Below, one piece after another: positions 25,078 through 34,612 of a stretch of DNA of 64,000 bases. Origin of the DNA: an uncultured Bacilli bacterium. GTDB taxonomy: Bacteria > Bacillota_I > Bacilli_A > RF39 > UBA660. The notes under the pieces are model-generated. The model was not told where the DNA came from and searched no databases. It saw nothing but the letters and a program-made list of their open reading frames with translations. Location of the stretch: positions 3,425 through 67,424 of the forward strand of contig CANRDN010000002.1 of the NCBI GenBank assembly GCA_947629375.1, read 5' to 3'. Within the stretch, counting starts at the first letter, position 1, and every line of letters begins with the position of its first letter. The position numbers were made by a program, and so were the translations under genes.

Positions 25078-27168
25078 ATGAAGAAATTTGAATGTGTGAT
25101 TCAAGATGGTCCAAAGGACTGTGGAATTTGTGCTTTACTTACTATTATAAAGACATATAATGGTTCAGTATCAAAAGAATATTTAAGGAATTTAACCAAT
25201 ACGACTAACAATGGTGTAAATGCTTTATCTCTTTTGGAGGCGGGGAAAAAGCTTGGATTTTATACTGAAGGAGTAAAAGGTGATGTTCTTAAAATAGAAG
25301 ATAAATACTTGCCCTGTATTGCCCACGTAATAATTGATAAAAAGTACAAACATTTCGTTGTAATACACAAGATTGATAGAAAGAATAATTATGTGACTAT
25401 TGCAGATCCATCTAGAGGAATTCTAAAAATAGATGTGGATAAATTTAGGTCAATATCGACAAGTAATTATTTATTTTTCATCCCAAATAAAGCAATTCCT
25501 GTAATAAAGGATAATAACCTTATAAAGGATAAATTGCTAAACTTTATAATAAACAATAAAAATACATTGCTAACAATATTAGTGTTTTCAATTTTGTTTA
25601 CAATTATTAATATAATAATATCCTTTGATTTTCAATTTGTCATAGATAGAGCTATAACCTACAATTCAATTAGTAATCTATACACAATAATATTAATTTT
25701 AATTTTTGTATATCTATTAAGAAACATTCTAGAATTTGCAAGAGATAAACTTTTAAATTATATAAGTCACAAACTTAATTATATTGTTATCACAGATTCA
25801 TTAAATCATATCTTGTCACTTCCTCACTTATACTTTAAGAATAGAACTACTGGAGAAACTTTATCAAGAATATCGGATTTATATGAACTGAAAGATATTT
25901 TATGTGATTTCATAGTGACCATTTTTGTTGATTTATTAATCACTATTTGTGCACTATTCACCTTGTTTCACATAAATGCTAAACTGACAATTATTTGTTT
26001 TTTGATTTTAGTAATATATTCTTTAATAACCATTGTCTTTAATAAAATGATATATGGTAATATTAAGGAACTAAAGGAGAAAAACGCAGGGGTTAATTCT
26101 TCAATTATTGAACTTATAGATGGCTCAAATACTATCAAAAGTTTAAATATACTAGAGAAAGTAAAAGAAGAATTTTCACTTTTATACGATGATTATCTAA
26201 ATACAAGTTATAGGTTTTCAAAGAAGATAAGCAATAAGAAATTAATCGATAATCTAGTGAGTAGTATTATTTCATTAATCATATTAGCAATAGGAGGAAA
26301 TTTAGTTATAAATGGAGAAATGAAATTATCGAACTTGATTACGTTTAACTGCATTATCTTATATAACATATCATCACTAAAAAATATCTTAAATTTTGAT
26401 ATTTTATGTAAAAAAACTAAAATAATTATAGAAAGAATAAACGAACTGTTAAATATAAAAGAAGAAAAAATTCATTTTGATTTAAATCCCTTAAAAAATA
26501 TAAATGGTGATATAGTTATTAAAAACTTATCTTATAAATATGGTGATAATCTTGTAATAAGTAATTTCAGTGCGGTTTTTAAAAAAGGTAAAAAGATTCT
26601 AATAACAGGAAATTCAGGATGTGGTAAAAGCACTTTAGCAAAACTCATCTGTGGATTTCAGGAAGTAAAAAGAAACAAAATATTTATTGGAAATAATGAT
26701 ATAAATGATATTAATTTATGGAATTTAAGAGAAGAAGTAACATATGTTTCTCAGGATGAATATTTGTTTAGTAATACTTTATATATGAATATGAATATTA
26801 AAAAGATGCGTGACAAGGATAAAGTATTAGAAATTGCTAAGTGTATGTTATTAGATGAAGTTGTTAATAAAAATAATAGTGGCTACAATTTATTTTTAGA
26901 AGGAAATGCAAGTAATATCAGTGGAGGAGAAAGACAAAGAGTAATTCTTGCAAGAACTTTTTTAAAAAACAGTAGTATCTTCGTTTTGGATGAAACATTT
27001 AGTCAGATTAATGTTGAAAAGGAAAGAATAATCTTAAAAAATATTTTTGAAAAGTTTAGTGATAAGACAATAATAGTTATTTCTCATAGATATGATAATA
27101 ACGATTTGTATGATGAAGTCTTAAATATGGAGGAGTATGGACCTAGAATCGTTTCAAAAGAGTTTTAA
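25078..27168 (+). CDS. Peptidase C39-containing ABC transporter (bacteriocin/peptide maturation and export)
   Basis: Q....DCG (QDGPKDCG), HFVVI and ADP (C39 triad); TM domain; GNSGCGKST, ISGGERQR, FVLDE and SHR. Confidence 0.92.
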   Translation: MKKFECVIQDGPKDCGICALLTIIKTYNGSVSKEYLRNLTNTTNNGVNALSLLEAGKKLGFYTEGVKGDVLKIEDKYLPCIAHVIIDKKYKHFVVIHKIDRKNNYVTIADPSRGILKIDVDKFRSISTSNYLFFIPNKAIPVIKDNNLIKDKLLNFIINNKNTLLTILVFSILFTIINIIISFDFQFVIDRAITYNSISNLYTIILILIFVYLLRNILEFARDKLLNYISHKLNYIVITDSLNHILSLPHLYFKNRTTGETLSRISDLYELKDILCDFIVTIFVDLLITICALFTLFHINAKLTIICFLILVIYSLITIVFNKMIYGNIKELKEKNAGVNSSIIELIDGSNTIKSLNILEKVKEEFSLLYDDYLNTSYRFSKKISNKKLIDNLVSSIISLIILAIGGNLVINGEMKLSNLITFNCIILYNISSLKNILNFDILCKKTKIIIERINELLNIKEEKIHFDLNPLKNINGDIVIKNLSYKYGDNLVISNFSAVFKKGKKILITGNSGCGKSTLAKLICGFQEVKRNKIFIGNNDINDINLWNLREEVTYVSQDEYLFSNTLYMNMNIKKMRDKDKVLEIAKCMLLDEVVNKNNSGYNLFLEGNASNISGGERQRVILARTFLKNSSIFVLDETFSQINVEKERIILKNIFEKFSDKTIIVISHRYDNNDLYDEVLNMEEYGPRIVSKEF

Positions 27169-27562
27169 AAACTATGAGATTGACTTAAGACCTTATCTTA
27201 TAGTAGTTTCTATTTTTATAAGTATTATATTAGTAATTCTTTTATGCAAAAATAACTTAAAAGCTTTTTATGTCACAAAAGGAATAATAAAAAATAGTAA
27301 AACAAATATAGTAGTAAATATTGATGACTTAGATAAAATAACAAATAATAAAAAAATAATGATAGGAAAGAACATATTTACTTATAAAATAACAAAAATA
27401 AATGATCTAGTAATCGATAATATTAACTACAAAGAAGTTATTTTGGACATAAATAAATTAAATAAAAAATATTTAATTGAAAATAATGTTATTGATGCAA
27501 AAATAATTATTAATAATACAACTATCTTTGAATATTTGATTAAAACAATGAAGGGGGAATGA
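27137..27562 (+). CDS. Short transporter accessory protein (reduced HlyD/ComB-like)
   Basis: One N-terminal TM and a beta domain ending AKIIINNTTIFEYLI; overlaps the transporter; RBS GGAGGA. Confidence 0.5.
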   Translation: MDLESFQKSFKNYEIDLRPYLIVVSIFISIILVILLCKNNLKAFYVTKGIIKNSKTNIVVNIDDLDKITNNKKIMIGKNIFTYKITKINDLVIDNINYKEVILDINKLNKKYLIENNVIDAKIIINNTTIFEYLIKTMKGE

Positions 27563-27565
27563 TGT

Positions 27566-27709
27566 ATGAAAGAAGTTAGTAAAGAAGAATTAAAGAAGAT
27601 AAATGGAGGAGGAATATCAATATTAACAGCTATTGGAATATCTGCAACAGTAATTTTTGTTTTAGGAGTAATTGATGGCTATGTTAGACCAAAAAAATGT
27701 GATGAGTAA
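27566..27709 (+). CDS. Double-glycine leader peptide 1 (class II bacteriocin-like); absent from ORF track
   Basis: Hand translation MKEVSKEELKKINGG|GISILTAIGISATVIFVLGVIDGYVRPKKCDE; RBS AAGGGGG. Confidence 0.85.
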   Translation: MKEVSKEELKKINGGGISILTAIGISATVIFVLGVIDGYVRPKKCDE

Positions 27710-27872
27710 AGCAAGTAAAGACGAACTAGAAAAATTAGATGGTGGAACATCTATAACGGGCAGTCTTATTAACGCAGTTACTGATTGTATAAAAACAATC
27801 TTTGATATAGGAAGAAGTTTAGGAAGCTCTTTTAGAAGAGTTGGAGAAAACAAAATGTGCGAAATATCATAG
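27702..27872 (+). CDS. Double-glycine leader peptide 2 (class II bacteriocin-like)
   Basis: MSKASKDELEKLDGG|TSITGSLINAVTDCIKTIFDIGRSLGSSFRRVGENKMCEIS; the start overlaps the stop of peptide 1. Confidence 0.8.
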   Translation: MSKASKDELEKLDGGTSITGSLINAVTDCIKTIFDIGRSLGSSFRRVGENKMCEIS

Positions 27873-28024
27873 AAGCAATAAAAGATAATAAAAAGTTAAT
27901 TATTATGATTGCTGTTGCTCCAATAGTTATGTATACCTTTAATATCCTTATGATTTTCCTATTTAATATGGGAACGGATTTTGGAACATTTTTAAGACAT
28001 TTATATTCTATAGTTGTATGTTAA
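27857..28024 (+). CDS. Small hydrophobic protein, putative immunity factor; absent from ORF track
   Basis: GTG start after GGAG; 55 aa MRNIIEAIKDNKKLIIMIAVAPIVMYTFNILMIFLFNMGTDFGTFLRHLYSIVVC; ends right at the terminator. Confidence 0.55.
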   Translation: MRNIIEAIKDNKKLIIMIAVAPIVMYTFNILMIFLFNMGTDFGTFLRHLYSIVVC

Positions 28025-28046
28025 GAAGAGTAAAACTCTTCTTTTT
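28023..28046 (+). terminator. Terminator of the peptide operon
   Basis: AAGAAGAGT-aaa-ACTCTTCTT followed by Ts. Confidence 0.7.
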
Positions 28047-28130
28047 GTATTGCAGGAATGTGAAAAAAATGTTACAATAAACCTGCAATTCGTGAACAGT
28101 TTAATAATATTATGTAGTGAGGGCCGGAAA

Positions 28131-29564
28131 ATGAAAGCGAAAAAAGACTTAATTTCTTTCAAATTTTTTTTATTGTTTGTAGTTATTATTAATATATTAT
28201 TAATAATCATTGACTTTTTAAATGAAACGGATATAAAATTAAGTCTTTTTATTATGCTCTTTTTAATTTTTATTGTTGGAGTAGTAATTTACTGTTATTT
28301 AAAAGAAAAAAAGTGGAATAAACTTTTTTATGTCGATCCAATTACTGAAGGATTTTCTTACGAAAAATTTAAAGAAGAATACGAAAAAGATAAAGATACA
28401 AAATCTATAATTATTATTGATATAAATAATTTTGATTTAATAAATAAGCATTACGGATATGAACTTATCAATAAAATATTAAAGAAAACTTATAATTGTA
28501 TTACATCATTTCTTAAGGATAGAGGTTTTTGTTCAAGAAAATTAGATAATTGTTTCATTATATCATTAAATACGCATAAGACTTATGAAATTGTTTCATT
28601 TATTGAAAAGGTTGATTCTACTATTAAAAATAGTTTTGATATTGATTTTGGTGTATCAATAAATTGTGGAGTATATAAAGGGGCAAAAACAACACTTGAA
28701 GATGCTGAAATGAAAGCAATGACTGCTTTAAATGATGCTAAAAAGAATCCTAATCAATTTTATGAATTTTATGAAGAAGATAAATTAAATATATTACTAG
28801 AGAATAAGATACTTTTAGATAAGTTAGAAAAGGCATTAAAAGAAGATAAATTAGATATTTACTTTCAAGCAAAATACGATGTTAAGACTAAAAATATTAT
28901 TGGGAGTGAAGCATTACTTCGTTGGAAGGATGATGATGGAAATTTTATACCTCCAAGTCGTTTTATTCCAAGTGCTGAAGCAACAGGCTTAGTTACTAAA
29001 ATTGATAGTTATGTTTTAAATAAAGTATGTGCTATAATAGCAGACTTAAAAAATGAATCGCTTAAGCCAGGAATGGTTTCCATAAATGTTTCAAGAAATA
29101 AACTTGATGAAGAAAATATGGTTGATGAATACACTAATGTTTTTAAAAAGTATAATTTAACAAAAAAAGAAATAGAATTAGAGATAACAGAAGGAACTGT
29201 TCTTTCAGATGATTATATAGTTCACAATGTAATAAAAAAACTAATTCAAAAAAACTTTTGCATTTTGATTGATGACTTTGGAACAGGTTACTCTTCAATA
29301 TCTATGCTTAAAAATCTTCAAATGAAGGGAATAAAAATAGATAGAGCTTTCATTATCGATGAAACTAAAAAAGGAAAAGAAATTTTAAAATATGTTGTTT
29401 CTTTAGCCAAGGGACTTAACTTAGAGACAATAGCAGAAGGAGTAGAGGATGAGGCCCAATACAATTATTTAAAACAACTTGGTTGTGATGAAATACAAGG
29501 CTATTATTTTTCTAAGCCAATGCCATTAGATGAATACAGAGAACTACTAAAAAATCAAAAATGA
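28131..29564 (+). CDS. Membrane-bound c-di-GMP phosphodiesterase (degenerate GGDEF + intact EAL)
   Basis: Two TMs; IDINNF..IN..YG with GGDEF replaced by KLDNC; EALLRW, SINVS, EITE, IDDFGTGYSS, IKID, EGVE, QGY. Confidence 0.88.
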   Translation: MKAKKDLISFKFFLLFVVIINILLIIIDFLNETDIKLSLFIMLFLIFIVGVVIYCYLKEKKWNKLFYVDPITEGFSYEKFKEEYEKDKDTKSIIIIDINNFDLINKHYGYELINKILKKTYNCITSFLKDRGFCSRKLDNCFIISLNTHKTYEIVSFIEKVDSTIKNSFDIDFGVSINCGVYKGAKTTLEDAEMKAMTALNDAKKNPNQFYEFYEEDKLNILLENKILLDKLEKALKEDKLDIYFQAKYDVKTKNIIGSEALLRWKDDDGNFIPPSRFIPSAEATGLVTKIDSYVLNKVCAIIADLKNESLKPGMVSINVSRNKLDEENMVDEYTNVFKKYNLTKKEIELEITEGTVLSDDYIVHNVIKKLIQKNFCILIDDFGTGYSSISMLKNLQMKGIKIDRAFIIDETKKGKEILKYVVSLAKGLNLETIAEGVEDEAQYNYLKQLGCDEIQGYYFSKPMPLDEYRELLKNQK

Positions 29565-29582
29565 TAAAGAAGGTGTAGTGTT

Positions 29583-30278
29583 GTGAATACTGTAATTCGA
29601 AATGAAATCAAATATCTTGTAAATATTCTGGAATATAAAAAAAGTAAAAATTATTTGGAAAAGATTCTTACTAGCGATGAGCATAATGGTATTGATGGTT
29701 ATAAGGTTAGATCTTTGTACTTTGATACTTTGGACGATAGAGATTTTTTAGAAAAAGAAGATGGGGTAGAAATAAGAAGAAAAATAAGACTTCGAGTGTA
29801 TAATCCTGATGATGATTTTGCAATGCTAGAAATGAAACAAAAAGAAGGAAATTATCAAAGAAAAAGATCACTTCGTATAAAAAGAGAAGATGCAATGAAA
29901 CTTATTAAAGGTGACTATACACCTTTGCTCTCGTATGACGAACCGTTTGCTAAAGAGATGTATTCTTATATGAAAATAAATTGCTATCTGCCGAAAGTTG
30001 TTGTAGAATATGACAGAACAGCTTTTGTAGCCAAAGAAAATAATATAAGAATTACATTTGACCACAATGTGGTTTCTACAGAAAGCTCATTTAATATATT
30101 TGATAAAAACTTGCCAATGAACCCGGTTATGAATCCAGCCAATGTAATATTAGAAGTTAAATATAATGGATTTTTGTTGAGCTATATAAAAGATTTGGTA
30201 AAAAACATATCAACAATAAGCTTATCTGTCAGTAAATATTATTTGTCAAGAAATATCTCACATAAAGTTATTTTGTAA
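29583..30278 (+). CDS. VTC / polyphosphate polymerase domain protein (triphosphate tunnel metalloenzyme fold)
   Basis: RNEIKY, SLYFDT, RRKIRLRVY, LEMKQK, YDRTAF, RITFD, ILEVKY, SKY. Confidence 0.85.
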   Translation: MNTVIRNEIKYLVNILEYKKSKNYLEKILTSDEHNGIDGYKVRSLYFDTLDDRDFLEKEDGVEIRRKIRLRVYNPDDDFAMLEMKQKEGNYQRKRSLRIKREDAMKLIKGDYTPLLSYDEPFAKEMYSYMKINCYLPKVVVEYDRTAFVAKENNIRITFDHNVVSTESSFNIFDKNLPMNPVMNPANVILEVKYNGFLLSYIKDLVKNISTISLSVSKYYLSRNISHKVIL

Positions 30279-30293
30279 GGAGTGTGAATTTTT

Positions 30294-30974
30294 ATGAGAG
30301 AAAAATTAATGGACATTTTGGAATTATCATCTAGTAATCTTACATTAGATCAAATTTTTATGCATTTAGTAATTTCATTGGTTTTAGGATTCGCTATATT
30401 TTTATCATATTATTTTTCCCATGAAGGAACAATTTATAGTAAGAAATTTAATGTATCACTAGTTATGCTTACAGTGCTTAGCGCAGTTGTTATGACTGTA
30501 ATTGGTAACAATGTTGCTTTATCATTAGGTATGGTTGGTGCATTATCAATCGTTCGTTTTCGTACTGCTATTAAAGATTCAAGAGACACAACATATATCT
30601 TTTGGGCTATAGTAGTTGGTATATGTTGCGGTGTTGGAGACTATGTTGTTGCAGGTCTTGGAACATTTGTGTTATTTGTTGTTATGCTTCTTTTAGGAAG
30701 AGTATCTAACGATAATCGTATTTTAATAATTATTAAAACAACATTAAGTAATGAAAGAAAAGTAGAAGGAATAGTTTTTGACTATTTTAATAAAAAAGCA
30801 AATTTAAAAGTAAAAAATTCTACTGAAAAATCAATTGAATTTATCTATGAATTACCTAGAAAATATTACAAAAAATCATTATCTAGAGATAAAAGTGTAA
30901 CAGAAGCACTTTATGACCTAAAAAATGTTGAATATGTTAACATTGTGTCACAAAATGATGAAATAAGTGGTTAA
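30294..30974 (+). CDS. DUF4956 family membrane protein
   Basis: IGNNVALSLGMVGALSIVRFRTAIKDSRD...FWAI..G..CG.G; C-terminal ACT-like soluble domain. Confidence 0.88.
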   Translation: MREKLMDILELSSSNLTLDQIFMHLVISLVLGFAIFLSYYFSHEGTIYSKKFNVSLVMLTVLSAVVMTVIGNNVALSLGMVGALSIVRFRTAIKDSRDTTYIFWAIVVGICCGVGDYVVAGLGTFVLFVVMLLLGRVSNDNRILIIIKTTLSNERKVEGIVFDYFNKKANLKVKNSTEKSIEFIYELPRKYYKKSLSRDKSVTEALYDLKNVEYVNIVSQNDEISG

Positions 30975-32442
30975 AATGAATAAGAAATGGATAGTTGTTA
31001 TAATTACTTTCTTAATTTTGGTTTTTACTTTGTTTCTTAATTCATACGAAAATTCACTTTATCATCAAAGATATCACGAACATCTTGAAAAAGGAATAAA
31101 ATATCCAGACTATGACTATTCTAATATAGATTATGATACATATAAAAGTTATGAGATAACGGAAGATGGCTTTACTTCCCATCTTCCAATCATATCTATT
31201 AATACTCATGGACAAGAAATATTAGGTGGAACTGATAAAAGGGTAAAAGATTACATAGAAGTTACTATGTCTTTTTATGATGAAGAAGGAACTAATTCTT
31301 TAAAAGAACCATCTTACAAGAAAAATGCACTAATAAGATATCGTGGAAACTCATCTAGATTCTTTGATAAAAAAGGATTGCGTATTGAACTAATTGATAA
31401 CAATGGGAATCAAGAAGATTATCCTTTGCTTGGATTATCAAGCGATAGTGACTTTGTTTTGCATGGCCCATATTTAGATAAAAGTTTAATTCGTAACTAT
31501 ATGGGGTATAACATAACTGGTGAAGTGATGGATTATTCTCCTAATGTTCGTTTTTGTGAAGTTTTTATAAATGGTGAATATGAAGGGTTATATTTGTTAG
31601 TAGAAACCATAAAAGTATCTAATGACCGTGTCAATGTAACGAAGGTAGAAAAAAATTCAAATGTATCAAGTTATCTAATTGAAAATGATAAAAAATGGCC
31701 GGAAGAAAGTGAAGATAAATATTTAAATAATTTTACTTACTATACAAGGCGTATGAAAACAAGTGCAAGATTTAGACTAGAGTATCCTACTACGGAAAAA
31801 TTAAATTCATCAAATAAAGAATATATAAACACTGATTTAAATGAGTTTGAAAAAATGTTATATTCTTACGATTACGATGATGACGAATATGGTTACTACA
31901 AGTATATAGATGTTAATTCGTTTGTAAATTATGCTGTATTTAATGAATTTTTTTTAAACTATGATGCCGGAAATTATTCAACATATATCTATAAAGATCG
32001 TAATGGGAAATTTAAGCTTGCATTTTGGGATATGAATAATATATTTAATAATAATTTTCGTGATCAGTTAGCAGAGCAAGATTTTAATATGGTAAATCGT
32101 ATGTGGTTTGAGATGCTTATGAAAGATGAATATTTTACTGATTTGATGATAAGTCGTTATCGTGAACTTAGAAAGACTATTTTAAGCGAAGAATACTTAT
32201 ATAAATATATTGATGACACAATTAATTATTTAGGACCAACTATTGAAAGAAACTATGTTAGATGGGGTTATTCTTTCTCAGAAGAGAATGATTTATTAGT
32301 TGATAGATCAATTCTTTCTTACGAAGAATCAATAGATGAATTAAAAAAAGCTATTCATGAAAGAGGAACTTGGCTTGATAAAAACATCGATTCATTAAAA
32401 CAATATAGCCATGAATCTAAAGTAAAAGAAATGAATCCATAA
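30967..32442 (+). CDS. CotH-family kinase, membrane-anchored/exported
   Basis: N-terminal TM; IRYRGNSS...KK, DKSLIRNY, EVFINGEYEGLYLLVE, NYDAGNYSTYIYK, FWDMN, RY.ELR. Confidence 0.85.
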   Translation: MVKMNKKWIVVIITFLILVFTLFLNSYENSLYHQRYHEHLEKGIKYPDYDYSNIDYDTYKSYEITEDGFTSHLPIISINTHGQEILGGTDKRVKDYIEVTMSFYDEEGTNSLKEPSYKKNALIRYRGNSSRFFDKKGLRIELIDNNGNQEDYPLLGLSSDSDFVLHGPYLDKSLIRNYMGYNITGEVMDYSPNVRFCEVFINGEYEGLYLLVETIKVSNDRVNVTKVEKNSNVSSYLIENDKKWPEESEDKYLNNFTYYTRRMKTSARFRLEYPTTEKLNSSNKEYINTDLNEFEKMLYSYDYDDDEYGYYKYIDVNSFVNYAVFNEFFLNYDAGNYSTYIYKDRNGKFKLAFWDMNNIFNNNFRDQLAEQDFNMVNRMWFEMLMKDEYFTDLMISRYRELRKTILSEEYLYKYIDDTINYLGPTIERNYVRWGYSFSEENDLLVDRSILSYEESIDELKKAIHERGTWLDKNIDSLKQYSHESKVKEMNP

Positions 32443-32455
32443 GTGAGGTTTTGAT

Positions 32456-34612
32456 ATGAAGAAATTTTTAGTCATAATATTTCTTTTTATTGGTCTATAT
32501 TTCATTTTTGACGCTGCATATTATCGCTGGGGATTTTATATTCCAAGCAATAGAGAAATAGAAGTTATTAGTTATACTGATGAAAATAGTATCTATATGA
32601 AAGAAAATAATAAATTTAACAAAGTCACTATAAAAGGTGTTAATGTTGGAAGTTTCTTTCCCAACCACTATATTACGGATTATTCAGTAAGTTATGATAC
32701 ATATTACAAATGGCTTGAACAAATTTCGGAAATGGGAGCCAATGTAGTCCGTATTAACACGGTTTATAATGACGATTTTTATAATGCATTTTATGATTAT
32801 AATAAAGAACACAAAGAAAAATTATACTTACTTCAAGGTATTCAACTAGATAGTTATGCTTTAAATGCTAGATTTGATGCTTATAGTGATAAGTTTTATG
32901 GTGAGTTAGTAAATCAAGCAGAAGATGCTGTAGATGTTGTTCACGGAAGAAAAAAATTAACAATGTCTAAATTTGGTGAAGGCACATATAAGAAAGATAT
33001 CTCAAAATATGTTTTAGGATATATTGTAGGTAGTGAGTGGGTAGACGATACAATTGCTTATACAGACGAGATGCGAAAAGATAAAGTAGGGTTTAAAGGC
33101 GATTACTTAAAAACAAGTGAAGATGCAACTGCTTTTGAAACGATGCTTGCTAAAGTAATGGACCATATGATTGGCTATGAAACAAGAAAATATCGTTCTC
33201 AACATGCAATTTCTTTCATCAATACTCCAGAAACTGATCCTGTAACTGTTCAACCTATAATACTAGGATCTAATGTAAGCACAGAACAGCCTGAAGATAA
33301 AGATAACCAAATTGTTGAAGAGACATTAACACCTGATACATTACAATATAGTTACCATAAAATTGTTGACTTATCTATTGAACACATTTTAACGACAGAT
33401 AATTATAAAGGATTATTTGCTTCTTACAATGTATCACCATATTATCCTGATTATTTGTCTTATGAAAAACAAAAATATGAAGATACATATTATTCATATT
33501 TAAAGAAACTAACTGACTACCATAAAATGCCTGTTGTCATTACTGAATTTGCCTATTCAACATCAAGAGGTGTTTCAACACATAGCGGAAATATTTACGG
33601 AGAGTTCGGTGGAATGACTGAAGAAGAACAAGGAAATGCTCTTGTTAAGACTTATCAAACCATCTTAAAATCCGGAAGTGTAGGAGGCATAATATCTTCT
33701 TGGACAGACCAATGGGATAAAAGAAGTTGGAACACAATTGAAAAAGTAACCCTTACTGAAGCAACAAGATGGGGCGATGTTCAAACATCTAATCAAGGTG
33801 TTGGAATTTTAAGCTTTGACCCGGGAGAGAAAAAGTCAGTATGTTATGTTGATGGAGACTCTAAAGAGTGGAAAAAGAAAAATGTTATATACGATGACGA
33901 TAATTATACTCTTTCAATGAAACAAGATGAAAAGTATCTTTACTTCATGATAAAGAATAAGAAAAAGACAAATTCCAAAATTTATATTCCTATCGATGTA
34001 ACACCAAATAGTGGTAGTAAAAAATCAGATATAGATAATCTTACTTTTAATCGTCCAGTAGATTTTTTAGTAACACTTGACGGTAATAAAGGTAAAATTT
34101 ATGTCCAAGAATACTATAATGTTTTAGAAGCTGTAGACGGCTATGAATTAAAAAATCGTAATTCATATGTAAATCCACCTTCAAAAGATTCAAGCAAGTT
34201 TGAAGATATTAATTTACTAATTTCTTCTTATGGTACTAGTAAATTTAGTATGTATTATAAACAATCTGTTACTTATCCAACTGGAATTTTAAGATATGGT
34301 AATGCTAATCCGGATGCTGAAAATTATGATTCTTTGGCAGATTTTTATTCCAATGATAATATAATCGAGCTTCGTCTTCCATGGCAAATTTTAAACTTTT
34401 CTAGTCCAGCAGAGTCAAAAATTCATGATGATTATTACAAAAAATATGGCGTTGAGGACATGGAAATTGACGAAATTTATGTAGGTGTTTCTAGCGATAA
34501 AAACATTAAATTATCAAAGTATGAGTTAGAATCTTGGCAAGATGCTGAGTATCACGAAAGATTGAAGAAATCATATTACATTATAAAAGATTATTGGAAG
34601 GAGGTATCATAA
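32456..34612 (+). CDS. Exported TIM-barrel glycoside hydrolase (clan GH-A-like)
   Basis: N-terminal TM; IKGVN, MGANVVRI.T, GYIVGSEW, YPDY, PVVITEF, SW.DQW.KRSWN. Confidence 0.7.
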   Translation: MKKFLVIIFLFIGLYFIFDAAYYRWGFYIPSNREIEVISYTDENSIYMKENNKFNKVTIKGVNVGSFFPNHYITDYSVSYDTYYKWLEQISEMGANVVRINTVYNDDFYNAFYDYNKEHKEKLYLLQGIQLDSYALNARFDAYSDKFYGELVNQAEDAVDVVHGRKKLTMSKFGEGTYKKDISKYVLGYIVGSEWVDDTIAYTDEMRKDKVGFKGDYLKTSEDATAFETMLAKVMDHMIGYETRKYRSQHAISFINTPETDPVTVQPIILGSNVSTEQPEDKDNQIVEETLTPDTLQYSYHKIVDLSIEHILTTDNYKGLFASYNVSPYYPDYLSYEKQKYEDTYYSYLKKLTDYHKMPVVITEFAYSTSRGVSTHSGNIYGEFGGMTEEEQGNALVKTYQTILKSGSVGGIISSWTDQWDKRSWNTIEKVTLTEATRWGDVQTSNQGVGILSFDPGEKKSVCYVDGDSKEWKKKNVIYDDDNYTLSMKQDEKYLYFMIKNKKKTNSKIYIPIDVTPNSGSKKSDIDNLTFNRPVDFLVTLDGNKGKIYVQEYYNVLEAVDGYELKNRNSYVNPPSKDSSKFEDINLLISSYGTSKFSMYYKQSVTYPTGILRYGNANPDAENYDSLADFYSNDNIIELRLPWQILNFSSPAESKIHDDYYKKYGVEDMEIDEIYVGVSSDKNIKLSKYELESWQDAEYHERLKKSYYIIKDYWKEVS

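Noticed and set aside
27672-27701. Longer start for GG-peptide 2 and the antisense ORF 27662-27853
   Set aside because: ATG 27702 gives a proper 15-aa GG leader; the upstream bases belong to peptide 1.
28014-28130. N-terminal extension of the EAL protein
   Set aside because: It spans the terminator and promoter region; ATG 28131 after GAGGG is the more plausible start.
30967-32442. CotH as a true spore-coat gene
   Set aside because: It has an N-terminal membrane anchor and sits in a VTC/EPS operon rather than next to cotB/cotG-like substrates.
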